Shown one piece after another: positions 28,359 to 38,094 of a stretch of DNA of 64,000 bases. The position numbers and the translations under genes are program-made. The stretch lies in IMG/VR virus record IMGVR_UViG_3300044691_000274, positions 39,538-103,537 of that record. One strand, 5' to 3'. Below the pieces are notes generated by a model. The model was not told where the DNA came from and searched no databases. It was given only the letters and a program-made list of their open reading frames with translations. The DNA is from a virus. Numbering within the stretch: position 1 is the first letter of the stretch; every line of letters begins with the position of its first letter.

Positions 28359-29150
28359 ATGGGCATATCATTCACGAAGAAGGCAACTGAGGTTGCCGCT
28401 AAGGTCGGAGGCGGTGCCTTCAACTTTATGAAGACCGGCGCGGCTGCAAAGCAGGCAGTCCAGCAGGAGGATGCCAGGGCAGAGGCCAGGCGTCTTGAGT
28501 CGAGCAAGATGCGCGACTTTTACCTGAAAAACAACACGGACGGCCAAATCACCTTCCTCGACGGGAACCTGGACACGGACGGGATGCTCGAAATCCCGCG
28601 CTGGATGCAGCACACCATCCCGGTCGGTGGCACGTATAAGAGCTACGTCTGCACGAAGGACGCGGACACTTCCCAACCATGCCCGCTCTGCGAGGCCGGC
28701 GATAAACCTTCACTCGTCGGGGTGATGACGGTCATCGACCACTCGTCCTACACGGTGAAGACCGGGCCGAACGCTGGCAAGGTCTACGTCAACCAGCGTC
28801 GCTTGTTCATTGCCAAGGACGGCACGATCAAGCAGCTGAACAAGCTCGCAATGAAACCGGAACGCAACGGCCTGGCCCTCTGCACCTTCGACGTGAGTCG
28901 CGGGCCGGAGAGCAAGCACCCGCCGCGCGTTGGCGACACCTTCGATTTCGTCGGCAAGCACAAGTCGCATGCGGCTCTGGCTGAAAAGTACGAGTTGAAG
29001 ATCGAGGACGTCCAGCCCGCGATCTACGAAGGAGAAAACGGCGAGATCACGTACCTCCCGCCGGAGCAGCTGTTGGCCCTCGGACTCGGCAAGGCGCACA
29101 CGGGCGTCGGGTACGAGAAGGGCGTTTCGGCGGCAAAAGACGATCTCTGA
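28359..29150 (+). CDS. Single-stranded DNA-binding protein (gp32-like, Zn-binding)
   Basis: 'FYLK...ITFLD', 'H...YVC......CPLC', 'VIDH', 'FDVSR'; position in replication module. Confidence 0.7.
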   Translation: MGISFTKKATEVAAKVGGGAFNFMKTGAAAKQAVQQEDARAEARRLESSKMRDFYLKNNTDGQITFLDGNLDTDGMLEIPRWMQHTIPVGGTYKSYVCTKDADTSQPCPLCEAGDKPSLVGVMTVIDHSSYTVKTGPNAGKVYVNQRRLFIAKDGTIKQLNKLAMKPERNGLALCTFDVSRGPESKHPPRVGDTFDFVGKHKSHAALAEKYELKIEDVQPAIYEGENGEITYLPPEQLLALGLGKAHTGVGYEKGVSAAKDDL

Positions 29151-29173
29151 TCTGTGCAAGTGATTGCACGGAT

Positions 29174-29217
29174 GCGGGGGAGGTCTAGGCGCCTAGATGC
29201 TCCGCTCCCCCGCAAAA
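29174..29217. terminator. GC-rich hairpin after the SSB gene (terminator/attenuator candidate)
   Basis: GCGGGGGAG...CTCCCCCGC enclosing palindrome TCTAGGCGCCTAGA; just after TGCA box 29155. Confidence 0.45.
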
Positions 29218-29239
29218 TTATACGCCAGGAGGGCGTGAG

Positions 29240-30601
29240 TTGACTGCTCTGCATGAGTTGATCCAGCAGGCCAAGCCGCTGCGCACGGGCGCGACGGCCG
29301 TCTACCCGTATTCGGCGAAGCTGGAGAAGAAGTTCCAGTTCACCTCTCGCTTCGGCGACGAGGTCTCGCTCTGCCGCGTCGAAGGCAACGTGATCCACCT
29401 ACCGCGCGCCGTATGCCCGATCGGGGTGATCGACGAGCGCGTCAACGGGACGGTCGTCAATTTCCCCAAGGCCCCGACCCCCAAGCCCAACCAGTACGAG
29501 CTGTTCGACGCGACCGCGAACTTCCTGCTCGACGGCCTCTCCGGCATCGTCCAAGCCTACACCGGCTGGGGCAAGACGGTCCTCGGCTACCATGCCGCGT
29601 ATGTCACGCATCGCAAGACGCTCGTCATCACGACCAAGGACGATATTTTCAAGCAGTGGATCGAAGGCGCCAAGCAGTTCCTTGGCCTGCCCGATCAAAT
29701 GGTCGGCGAAATCCGGGGAGACAAGTGCGAGGTCGAGGGCACGGTGTTCGTGGTCGCGATGGTCCAGTCGCTCTCGAAGTTGGGCCGCTACCCCGCCTGG
29801 ATCAGGGACAGCTTCGGCCTCGTCATCTTCGACGAATGCCACCGGATGCCCGCTGAGCAGTTCAGCGTCGTGGTGGACATGTTCCCCGCCAAACTCCGGC
29901 TTGGCCTGTCAGCGACCCCTTCCAGGGCCGACGGCAAGGAGATTATCGCGTTCGCCCACATAGGTCCGATCCGCGCCGCGACTGAGGCGGAGCTGATGAT
30001 CCCCAAGGTCCTCCGCTTCAAGAGCGAGTGGAAGTGCCCGCGCACGCTCAAGACGGATCACGAGACGGGGGAGCAGGAGGTTGTCCGCATCCCGCACCAG
30101 CCTGGCAAGACGACGCACATCGAGAAGATCATCGGCAAGGACAAGGTCCGCAACCACGCGATCGCCGAGCTGATCAAACAGGCGTTCGACAAGGGCCGGA
30201 AGACGGTCATTTTCTCGACCCTGCACGACCACATCCACGCGCTCCACAAATCCTGCCTCGTCGACTTCAAGGTCTCGGGCAAGGACATGGGCTTTTACGT
30301 CGGCGCGGTCACCAAGGCGGAACAGGCTGCGCGCGAACGCGAGAAGGTAAAACCCATTGTTTTTACTACGTTTTCCATGATGTCCGAGGGCACAAGCATC
30401 GACTGGCTCGACACCTGCCTGCTCGCGATGCCGCGCTCGAACGTGACCCAACCCGTCGGCCGCATCCGACGAGAATATCCCGACAAGCTGCCACCGGTCG
30501 TCATGGAGATGATCGACGAGGACAGCCCCGTTTTCAACTCTTACGCGGCGAGCCGGCTGCGTTGGTACAAATCAATCGGCTGCCAGGTAAAGGATTTTTG
30601 A
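29240..30601 (+). CDS. Superfamily 2 DNA helicase (UvsW-like)
   Basis: 'AYTGWGKT', 'DECH', 'LSATP.RADG', 'Q.VGRI.R'. Confidence 0.93.
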   Translation: MTALHELIQQAKPLRTGATAVYPYSAKLEKKFQFTSRFGDEVSLCRVEGNVIHLPRAVCPIGVIDERVNGTVVNFPKAPTPKPNQYELFDATANFLLDGLSGIVQAYTGWGKTVLGYHAAYVTHRKTLVITTKDDIFKQWIEGAKQFLGLPDQMVGEIRGDKCEVEGTVFVVAMVQSLSKLGRYPAWIRDSFGLVIFDECHRMPAEQFSVVVDMFPAKLRLGLSATPSRADGKEIIAFAHIGPIRAATEAELMIPKVLRFKSEWKCPRTLKTDHETGEQEVVRIPHQPGKTTHIEKIIGKDKVRNHAIAELIKQAFDKGRKTVIFSTLHDHIHALHKSCLVDFKVSGKDMGFYVGAVTKAEQAAREREKVKPIVFTTFSMMSEGTSIDWLDTCLLAMPRSNVTQPVGRIRREYPDKLPPVVMEMIDEDSPVFNSYAASRLRWYKSIGCQVKDF

Positions 30602-30602
30602 G

Positions 30603-30932
30603 ATGGGAGTCACGTTCAAGACCACGCCTAAAGGCAAGGCGACGATCGACAAGGTCGTGACCGATAAGAAGACCGGCAACGTCATTTCGGAAGACCACCT
30701 GAATTTTAGCGAAGTGCTGGGGCCGGCCGGTTCTGGCATGGCCATCCACGTTGGTCCGAGCGCGGAGGTCAGCTACACCGCCGGCTTCACGAAGGGCATG
30801 CCGAATTACAGCGCGGCGCGCATCGACATCACGCTCAAGATGCCCTGCGATCCTGGCGACATCGACGCGACCTACGAGTTCACCGAGAAGTGGGTCAGCG
30901 ACCGCCTCGAAAAGCAATACGGAGAACTTTGA
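30603..30932 (+). CDS. Hypothetical protein
   Basis: Coupled to helicase and RecA; 'T..MPNYSAARID' motif. Confidence 0.7.
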   Translation: MGVTFKTTPKGKATIDKVVTDKKTGNVISEDHLNFSEVLGPAGSGMAIHVGPSAEVSYTAGFTKGMPNYSAARIDITLKMPCDPGDIDATYEFTEKWVSDRLEKQYGEL

Positions 30933-32041
30933 TGGCGGTCATCATCAAGAACTCGGGCAAGTCGGACAGCGGAGCCAAAGGCACGTCGATGGGGGACTTC
31001 CTCAAGGCTCTGCAGAAGGATCACGGCGAGGGGGTCGGCAGCTTCGGCGGCAAGCTTGTAGACGCCACACGTATCCCGACCGGGCTATTTCCGCTCGACC
31101 TCGCGCTCGGAGGCGGCCTGCCACGTGGCACTACGTCGATGATTTACGGTCCTGAGTCCAGCGGCAAGACGAACCTGGTCCTGCTCGCTATCGCAGCGCA
31201 CCAGCGTATGTGGCCCGACGCCATCAACGTGTTCTTCGACATCGAGCACTCTCTCGACCCGACTTGGGCCAAGCGGCTCGGCGTGAACATGGACAAGCTC
31301 GTCGTGATCTCCCCGAACTATGGCGAGCAACTTGTCGACATGGCCGAGAGCGCGCTCCGTACGCACGACTGCGGCATCGTCGCAATCGACAGCTTGGCAG
31401 CAATCCTGAGCACGGCTGAGTCCGAGAAGAGTGCTGAGGCCAACACGTACGGCGGCAATTCGATCCTGATCGCCAAGCTCGTGCGCAAGACGACCAACGC
31501 CATCATGCAGGCGTCTAAGGCCGGCCGCTCGCCAACACTGTTCTACGTCAACCAGATCAGGAGCAAGATCGGCATCGTCTACGGCAATCCGGAGAGCATT
31601 CCGGGAGGCAACGCCCCGAAGTTCCAGTGCAACGTCATCCTGCGCGTCTACGGCAAGAATGAGATGGACACGAAGATCAGCGCCGTTATGCCGGTAAAGA
31701 AATTAGTAAAGTTCATCGTGGCCAAGCGTAAATGCCCTATGCTTAGTGAGTCCGGAATATTTTCGATGGTGACGCTACCGCATAAGGGCCTGGAGATTGG
31801 CCAGTGTGACGACTTCAATACGGTCAGTGAATACCTGAAAACCTTCGGCCAGTTCGAGAAGGACCCGAAAAAGGGTTGGCTGATCTGCGGCCAGCACTAC
31901 GACACGATCGAGCCGTTTAAGACCAAGCTCTACGTGGACAAGGTGTTCGGAAACGAGATCAGGTCGAGCATCATCAAACGGATGTTGGAGTCCGGCGACC
32001 TCCTGCCAGAGGGTGAGAAGGAAGAAGAGGAGGCAGCGTGA
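30932..32041 (+). CDS. recA: RecA-like recombinase
   Basis: 'IPTG...LDLALGGGLPRG....IYGPESSGKT', 'FDIEHSLD', 'IDSLAA', 'NQIR.KIG..YGNPE..PGGNA.KF'. Confidence 0.95.
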   Translation: MAVIIKNSGKSDSGAKGTSMGDFLKALQKDHGEGVGSFGGKLVDATRIPTGLFPLDLALGGGLPRGTTSMIYGPESSGKTNLVLLAIAAHQRMWPDAINVFFDIEHSLDPTWAKRLGVNMDKLVVISPNYGEQLVDMAESALRTHDCGIVAIDSLAAILSTAESEKSAEANTYGGNSILIAKLVRKTTNAIMQASKAGRSPTLFYVNQIRSKIGIVYGNPESIPGGNAPKFQCNVILRVYGKNEMDTKISAVMPVKKLVKFIVAKRKCPMLSESGIFSMVTLPHKGLEIGQCDDFNTVSEYLKTFGQFEKDPKKGWLICGQHYDTIEPFKTKLYVDKVFGNEIRSSIIKRMLESGDLLPEGEKEEEEAA

Positions 32042-32394
32042 TGGACCTCCCTTACCTCCGGCGCCGCGAAGAGCACAAGATCGGCAAGGCTGGTCGGGCG
32101 TCTGAAAAGCGCTTGATCAAGCAGCTGGGAGGTCGCGGGCGTCCCGCGTCCGGCGCCATGGTCGGGGCTAAGGGGGACATCGACCTCGGCACGGTGCTGC
32201 TGGAGGCCAAGTCCACGACGTCGGCCAGCATCTCGGTCAAGCACGACTGGCTGGCCAAGATCGCCCACGAGGCGCGCTCCGAGGGGAAGACCCCGGCGCT
32301 GTCCATCTCGTTCGTGGGGGTCGGCGGCGGGCCGGCCTTCCATGACGGGGAATGGGTGATGATCCCGCGATACAAGTTCGAGGAAATGCTCTGA
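32038..32394 (+). CDS. PD-(D/E)xK Holliday junction resolvase-like nuclease
   Basis: 'E.R....GGR..PASGA....KGD.....LLEAKST'. Confidence 0.8.
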   Translation: MMDLPYLRRREEHKIGKAGRASEKRLIKQLGGRGRPASGAMVGAKGDIDLGTVLLEAKSTTSASISVKHDWLAKIAHEARSEGKTPALSISFVGVGGGPAFHDGEWVMIPRYKFEEML

Positions 32395-33302
32395 TGGCAA
32401 TGAAGTTCCTCGCCAAGATCAAGCACCCTGGTCCGGAGCAGAGCGTCAAATTCCTGCTCCACCAATACCTTAACGACAGCGAGCCCGAGCGGACGATGGC
32501 GACCGTCCATGCGTCCGAGCTGACCAAGCCGGACGGGTTCTGCCCGCGCGCCTACGCGCTCAGCGACGTGACGCATCAGAAGCCAGGCGTCCGGTGGCTA
32601 TCGACTTCCGAGAACATGACGTTCGCGCTGGGGCGCGCCGTGGAGAAGAAGGTGGTCGAAACCTTCGCGGACATGGGCAAGGCGATCTGCCATTGGGAAT
32701 GCCTCGCGTGCAAGCATCTGCACCAGTTCACGAGCCGTCCGTTCGGTTGCCAAAAATGCAGCTGCAAGGCGTTCAAGCCGGTCGAGGTGCGCTTTCAAAG
32801 TGCAGTTAATGGCGCGTCATGCGGCATCGACATGCTCGTGACCCTGGGCGAAGGCAAGCTCCGGCCGGTCGAGCTAAAGACCATGGCGGCCGACGAGTTC
32901 AAGTCCCTCCAGGCGCCGCTTGCCGAGCACCGGCTGCGCACCAACCTCTACCTGCGGCTGATCGCCGAGAGCGACCACAACTGGTCGAACATGGTGGCCA
33001 CGGACCGCGCGCTGATCCTCTACATCTCGAAGTCCGCCTACGGCTGCGCCGATCCATCGCTGGCGGCCTGGGGCCTCAAGGAGAAGTTCAGCCCGTTCAA
33101 GGAGTTCGAGGTCACGAGGGACGACAAGGAAACAGACTACCTCGCCAACCGCGCAATCGTCGTCAAGAGCTTCCGGGACGGCGTGATCGGGGTGCCCGCC
33201 GGCATATGCCCAACGGCCATGACTAAGCGCGCGTGCAGCTGCGCTCTCCGGATACCGTGCTTCTCCGGGGCACACCCCGCAACCTATGAGTGGGCGCAAT
33301 GA
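32394..33302 (+). CDS. Cas4-like PD-(D/E)xK exonuclease with Zn ribbon
   Basis: 'HASEL....CPR', 'CLAC...CQKC', 'GIDML...VELKT', C-terminal Cys cluster. Confidence 0.75.
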   Translation: MAMKFLAKIKHPGPEQSVKFLLHQYLNDSEPERTMATVHASELTKPDGFCPRAYALSDVTHQKPGVRWLSTSENMTFALGRAVEKKVVETFADMGKAICHWECLACKHLHQFTSRPFGCQKCSCKAFKPVEVRFQSAVNGASCGIDMLVTLGEGKLRPVELKTMAADEFKSLQAPLAEHRLRTNLYLRLIAESDHNWSNMVATDRALILYISKSAYGCADPSLAAWGLKEKFSPFKEFEVTRDDKETDYLANRAIVVKSFRDGVIGVPAGICPTAMTKRACSCALRIPCFSGAHPATYEWAQ

Positions 33303-33859
33303 TCTCGCTAGCGAAGAAGAGCGGCCGAAAGTTCACCAGCTTAGGCATCGACCCTTCCACTGTCGCGACAGGCGTCGTTATGCTGGAGGAGTCCGGAACC
33401 AGGCTCCCCACCGTCCTGTGGCAAGACGAGATCAAGGTCGCCGGCGCCGGCATCCAGCGCAACGCGACGATCGTATCGATCATCATGAAGGCGATCCTGG
33501 CCAACAAGCCGGACATCATCGTGATGGAGGGCTACAGCCTGAACATGAAGAACGCGGCCAGCGTGATCCCGCTCGTCGAGTTGGGCGGCATGTTACGCTT
33601 CATGCTTAAGATCGAGGGCCTGAAGTGGTTCGACCCGCGCGCCGGGCAGCTGAAGCAGTTCGCCACCGGCAAGGGAAACTCGCCCAAGGACGTCGTCATG
33701 ATGCACGTCTTCAAGCGTTGGGAGTTCGAGAGTGCAACTAATAACATCGGTGACGCTTACGTCTGCGCCGCGATGGGGTTGGCGCGCGCCGAGCGCCTGC
33801 CTGGGATCACGCTCCCTATGAAGTGCATCGTCGGCGAAATGAAAGAAAACATGAACTGA
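33299..33859 (+). CDS. ruvC: RuvC-like Holliday junction resolvase
   Basis: 'LGIDPS..ATG', 'MEGY', 'LKQFATGKGNSPKD', 'NNIGDA'. Confidence 0.88.
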   Translation: MISLAKKSGRKFTSLGIDPSTVATGVVMLEESGTRLPTVLWQDEIKVAGAGIQRNATIVSIIMKAILANKPDIIVMEGYSLNMKNAASVIPLVELGGMLRFMLKIEGLKWFDPRAGQLKQFATGKGNSPKDVVMMHVFKRWEFESATNNIGDAYVCAAMGLARAERLPGITLPMKCIVGEMKENMN

Positions 33860-33874
33860 CGCCTGCATTTCCGT

Positions 33875-33903
33875 TTGCAATTATTTGCACGGCGAGCTAT
33901 CGT
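33875..33903 (+). promoter_or_regulatory. TGCA box overlapping the -35 of a promoter
   Basis: TTGCAA(33875)-17 nt-TATCGT preceded by GC. Confidence 0.6.
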
Positions 33904-33944
33904 CCACCCATCGGTTTTCACCGAATGCCAGGAGGGCAGCTAAA

Positions 33945-35180
33945 ATGGAAACTAACAGCGCTTCGTTGACTATGTTGCAGAACGCTGGTGCGAAGGCCAA
34001 GGCCGTCGACGCCGAGTTGGAAAAGCCTGTCACGGCCGAGGGCGACGCGGTTGTCGACATCGACGTCGATGACATGACCACCGAGCAGCTTGACGGTCTC
34101 GTGCAGGCGCAAGGGGTCGAGACCCCGGAAGAATGGGCCGGCTGGGACGTCGTCGCCAAGCGCGCGTGGCTCAACCAGACCTTCGGCACCCCACCCGGCG
34201 AGGTCACAGTCGGCGAAGTGCTCAACGTTGAGACGCCTGCTGCGTCCGAGGCGGACCCGGCAGTCATCGCAGCTGACGCACTCGTCGAGGTGGCCAAGCC
34301 CAAGAAGGGCAAGGGCAAGAAGGCCAAGGCGTCCACTGCACTCAGCACGGATGTCGCCAAAGACGGTGTCATCGTCGAGGCGGACCCGCTGCTCGATATG
34401 GTCCACGAAATCGAGAATATGAAGGAAAAGGAGGTTTACGACGTGATCGCGGTCCTCATGGAGCAGACCGACATCACGCACTTCAAGCTCGGCGGCATAC
34501 TCTCCATCGCCTCGGCCAACCAGTGGTTCCAGGGTTACGCCTCGTTCCGCGAGTTCGTCGAAGGCAAGTACGGCCTGGCCTACCGCAAGGCGATGTACCT
34601 GATCGAGATTTACAACAAGCTCGCAAACAGCGGCATCCCTTGGGAGAAGTTCAAGGACCTCGGCTGGACCAAAATTCAAGTGATCGCGCGCATCGTGAAC
34701 AAGGATAACGTCGACCAGTGGGTCGCCATCGCCACCGAGCAGAACCTCATGACCCTGCTCGAAACGGTCAAGAGCGCGCTGTCCAAAAAGCCCGACCAGA
34801 TCGAGGGCGAAGTCAAGACGGTCACGACCATGTCCTTCAAGGTCCACCAGGACCAGAAGATCAGCATTGACTCGGCGATCGCCAAGGCCAAAGAGGCTGC
34901 AGGGACGGACGTCGGAACGGTCGCGCTCGACTTCATCTGCATCGAATACCTCGGCGGGCAGTCACTGGCCCAGCGCATCGCGACGGTCGGACCCTCACAG
35001 GCCGGCAAGGCGGTCGCCCAGGCGTTCGCCGCGAACGAAGAGATGCTCACCTCCTTCATGGTCGAGATCGGCTTCAAGGAGGCCCTAAGCGCGGTTGCAG
35101 CCACGGCGCCGCAATACGACATCACGGTCGACACCAAGCCGACCGGCAACGAACAAGGCGGACAGCAAGAAGCCGCCTGA
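33945..35180 (+). CDS. Putative DNA-binding protein (HTH; DUF3102/ParB-HTH-like), paralog of 36289
   Basis: 'FKLGGIL...FREFVEGKYGLAYRKAMYLIEIY...LGWTKIQVI'. Confidence 0.6.
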   Translation: METNSASLTMLQNAGAKAKAVDAELEKPVTAEGDAVVDIDVDDMTTEQLDGLVQAQGVETPEEWAGWDVVAKRAWLNQTFGTPPGEVTVGEVLNVETPAASEADPAVIAADALVEVAKPKKGKGKKAKASTALSTDVAKDGVIVEADPLLDMVHEIENMKEKEVYDVIAVLMEQTDITHFKLGGILSIASANQWFQGYASFREFVEGKYGLAYRKAMYLIEIYNKLANSGIPWEKFKDLGWTKIQVIARIVNKDNVDQWVAIATEQNLMTLLETVKSALSKKPDQIEGEVKTVTTMSFKVHQDQKISIDSAIAKAKEAAGTDVGTVALDFICIEYLGGQSLAQRIATVGPSQAGKAVAQAFAANEEMLTSFMVEIGFKEALSAVAATAPQYDITVDTKPTGNEQGGQQEAA

Positions 35181-35207
35181 CGCGCGGCCCACACCGCGCG
35201 AAACTTG

Positions 35208-35236
35208 GGCCGGGGGGGCAACCCCCGGTCTTTTTC
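35208..35236 (+). terminator. Rho-independent terminator
   Basis: GGCCGGGGG-loop-CCCCCGGTC then TTTTT. Confidence 0.8.
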
Positions 35237-35240
35237 ATGA

Positions 35241-35291
35241 TGCAAGTAACTGCAGAATTTTCTTGACTCGGCTCCGCCGCAGAGCGACAAG
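35241..35291 (+). promoter_or_regulatory. TGCA box + 8 nt + TTGACT promoter
   Basis: TGCAAGTAACTGCA-gaattttc-TTGACT. Confidence 0.65.
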
Positions 35292-35323
35292 GTCCACGCG
35301 CATCAACAGGAGGTTGATCCACC

Positions 35324-36124
35324 GTGTCTACCGCTACCATGGTCTACCCTGACAAGAAGCTGGCAGAGGCCATCCTCGCCAAGGTCCAGAAGCACCGCCC
35401 GCACCAGAAGTGGACCATCCGGGACCTGCCTCACGGCTTCCACGTCACCCGGCAGCTCCACATTGACCTCTCGAAGACATTGGCCGCCGCGCCAGGGGCT
35501 GCAGAGCAGGTCGACCACGTATTCAGCCCAGAGCTAATGGCGGCGCTGGAGGAGTCGGCCAACATTTCCAAGAAGAAAAAGAAGACCGCGTCCGAGGAGC
35601 TATTGGACAACCTGGCCACGCTGAGCGCCGAGAAGGAAGAGGCCCCGCTCGGGCCGTGGACGGGAGGCGTGACCTCCACGATCAAATCCAAGGGGCCAAG
35701 CATCCAGCAGATCGCGAAGGGCGCTCCGTTCCCCAAATTTGAGAACGTGGGCGTGACGCCGCCCTGCGAGTTCAGCATGGGAATGACCGAGGAGGCCAAG
35801 TGGCATCAAAAAGGCCAGCACGTCACTGGCCTTCCCGGCAAGCCTAGCGTCGTGGAGACCAAGGTCGCCGGACTGAAGATCAAGAAGGCCCAGGAGATGC
35901 CTCTGGCCAATTACCTGATGCTGGCCGCGACCACGCCCGCCTCGATCAATTATAAGTTCTTCCTGTCCAGCATCGACGAAGGCTGGATACACATCAAGTA
36001 CAAAGGGCAAAACGTGAGCATCGGCAAGTCGTCGGTACTGGCCTACACTGTTGCGACAAGCAAGAAGCTCGTACATATCTTGCTTCCGAACGCTTACGCC
36101 CAGAAGAAAGGCTTTTCTTTTTAA
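35324..36124 (+). CDS. Hypothetical protein
   Basis: RBS CAGGAGG; 266-aa ORF with phage-like codon usage. Confidence 0.7.
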   Translation: MSTATMVYPDKKLAEAILAKVQKHRPHQKWTIRDLPHGFHVTRQLHIDLSKTLAAAPGAAEQVDHVFSPELMAALEESANISKKKKKTASEELLDNLATLSAEKEEAPLGPWTGGVTSTIKSKGPSIQQIAKGAPFPKFENVGVTPPCEFSMGMTEEAKWHQKGQHVTGLPGKPSVVETKVAGLKIKKAQEMPLANYLMLAATTPASINYKFFLSSIDEGWIHIKYKGQNVSIGKSSVLAYTVATSKKLVHILLPNAYAQKKGFSF

Positions 36125-36188
36125 CTCTATTGGCTCGAACGTGTTGCAAACAAGATACAATTCGAGCAATATTGAGAGGCAAGCGACA

Positions 36189-36240
36189 ACCAGTTAACTG
36201 CATAAAACGGTTGACTCCTGGTGTGTTGTCGCGAACATGG
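36189..36240 (+). promoter_or_regulatory. Degenerate TGCA box + 8 nt + TTGACT promoter
   Basis: ACCAGTTAACTGCA-taaaacgg-TTGACT. Confidence 0.6.
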
Positions 36241-36288
36241 ACGGCCCGATTGCACGAGGCAGCGGGATAATTAAAGTAGGAGGAGCAA

Positions 36289-36831
36289 TTGGCGCTCTCG
36301 ACGGAAGACTTGTTCGATAAGGCCCTGCATCAAGCGGGCGGAGTGAACGACGACAACTTTTTGGAACTCGGCAGGTCGCTGAGGCAGCTCCAGGATCGTG
36401 ATCCAGAGCTGTTCAAGAAAATCGTATCGAAGTCGGACGTAGGCCGCCGGAAGGCTTACTACCTGGTGGAGGTGAGTCGCACGTTCGATCCCCTGCCGGT
36501 GCCGCGCTCGCGGCTCAAGAAGATCAAGTGGACCAAGCTCCAGTTGATCGGCAAATACGTGAAGCCCGACAACCTCGAAGAACTGCTGACCTTGGCGGAG
36601 ACACACAACGCCAAGGAACTCCAGAGACACCTTCGGGGGGAGAAGACGTTGGGTGGCAACGCGCACTGCGTGCTGATGTATTTCAGCCCGAAGGACTATG
36701 AGGAGGTCGAGGAGGAACTCGTCAAACACGGCGCCAAACACTCGACTGGCTCCGGCGGGCGCGTTGGCCTCTCCAACAAGGAGTCGGCCCTGCTCAGCTT
36801 GATCAGGAAGATCAAAGAGACCGCATCGTAG
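36289..36831 (+). CDS. Putative DNA-binding protein, paralog of the 33945 HTH region
   Basis: RBS AGGAGG; 'FLELGRSL...RRKAYYLVEV...KWTKLQLI..YV..DN'. Confidence 0.65.
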   Translation: MALSTEDLFDKALHQAGGVNDDNFLELGRSLRQLQDRDPELFKKIVSKSDVGRRKAYYLVEVSRTFDPLPVPRSRLKKIKWTKLQLIGKYVKPDNLEELLTLAETHNAKELQRHLRGEKTLGGNAHCVLMYFSPKDYEEVEEELVKHGAKHSTGSGGRVGLSNKESALLSLIRKIKETAS

Positions 36832-36835
36832 ACCA

Positions 36836-36860
36836 GCCGGGGCTAGAGCGCCCCGGTTTT
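36836..36860 (+). terminator. Rho-independent terminator
   Basis: GCCGGGGC-TAGAGC-GCCCCGGT then TTT. Confidence 0.65.
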
Positions 36861-36899
36861 GGGACCCAACGTGTGCAATTATTTGCACGAAAGGACGTC

Positions 36900-37133
36900 A
36901 TGAACGAGATCGCAAAGAAGGCAGCAGAACGCGGGCCTAGCTTTGACGAGCAAGCCAAGGTGATCCAAGTGATCGAGACCACGCTGTTCCGCAAGGGCGC
37001 GGGTACGCCGGAGAGCCCGCTGCGCTGCGTCACGCAATACTGGACCCTGGACGGCAAGCTCTTGGCCGAGGTCGACCCTGTGCAGGAGTCGCGCGGGACC
37101 CGCCCGACCGCAAGGCTCTCGTCGGATGGCTGA
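36900..37133 (+). CDS. Small conserved-type phage protein
   Basis: 'IQVIET...GAGT.ESP.R.VTQYW.LDG.LLAE.DP' recurrent phage motif. Confidence 0.7.
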   Translation: MNEIAKKAAERGPSFDEQAKVIQVIETTLFRKGAGTPESPLRCVTQYWTLDGKLLAEVDPVQESRGTRPTARLSSDG

Positions 37134-37452
37134 TCCAGTCCTGGAGACCTTCACCTGTCCCTGGTGCAAGAAGCCAGTCCGCACGTTCTGGGACGGCGAT
37201 CAGGGCGGCATGCTCTCTGACTACGAGTCGACCCTGATCGGGGACTGCGTGTTCCACAGCAAGTGCTGGGACGCTCTCGTCGAGAAGCACCCGCCTGGCG
37301 CCCAACCAAAAGACGAGGACGACCTGATCATGGTCGGGGACCTCGATACCAGTCCGTGGGCGCCCTCGGGGTTGAGGGCCATGGCCTACTGGCTGTTGAT
37401 CATCGGGGGCCTGACGTGGCTCGACTGGTTTCTGGATTGGATTTCCTCATGA
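37126..37452 (+). CDS. Zn-finger + TM hypothetical protein
   Basis: 'CPWC...H..C'; C-terminal hydrophobic segment. Confidence 0.6.
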   Translation: MADPVLETFTCPWCKKPVRTFWDGDQGGMLSDYESTLIGDCVFHSKCWDALVEKHPPGAQPKDEDDLIMVGDLDTSPWAPSGLRAMAYWLLIIGGLTWLDWFLDWISS

Positions 37453-38094
37453 ACACCGACCTGATCCTAGAAGCCCTCGACCTGTACCGCGATCAGATAA
37501 GTGAGTCGAACCAGCTGCGTGGCAAGGAGAACGCTGCACGGCCGCTCGACCAGCGTTGGCTAACCCAGGATGGAGAGAGCCGCCGCGCCACGGTGGACGA
37601 GTGCAAGAAGCGCGTCCTTGACGCTGCCAGGAGATCGTCATGACAGTCAAGAAAGCGGCAGTTGAGCGCATCTATGCGAGCAGCCTTGAAGAAGTGCTGG
37701 CGATCATGGAGCAGCGCCACCCTGGCTTCAAGCGCGTCAAGTGCGTGCTGTGCAAGGGCGACGATCCGCACTGCTTGGGCTGTTCGCCTGAAGGTGTTTC
37801 GACAAAGGGGACACGCCAGTGACCACCGAACGCTTGATCCCCATCACCTTCGTCGGGCCGGTCATCAACGCGGGGGCCAGATACGGCAAGCGCACGTGGT
37901 GCTTCCTGCTCATGCAGCCGGACAGCGACGCGCCGCTCAAGCTCGAATACAAAACCAAGAAAGAGGCAACGCTCGCGCGGATCGCCATGCTCGAAACTCC
38001 GCGCCTGGTCGACGTCCCGACCGTCCGGTTGTTCGGCGCCATCGAGATCGCGCTCAAGCAGGCGGCAGAGATGGCCGATAACAAGGGCGGCTGA
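37449..38094 (+). CDS. Three small coupled hypothetical ORFs (37449-37643, 37640-37822, 37819-38094)
   Basis: ATGA/GTGA overlaps at each junction. Confidence 0.6.

Noticed and set aside
32394-33302. Cas4-like nuclease as evidence of CRISPR-Cas
   Set aside because: No repeat-spacer array or other cas genes seen; solo Cas4-like nucleases are common in phage recombination modules
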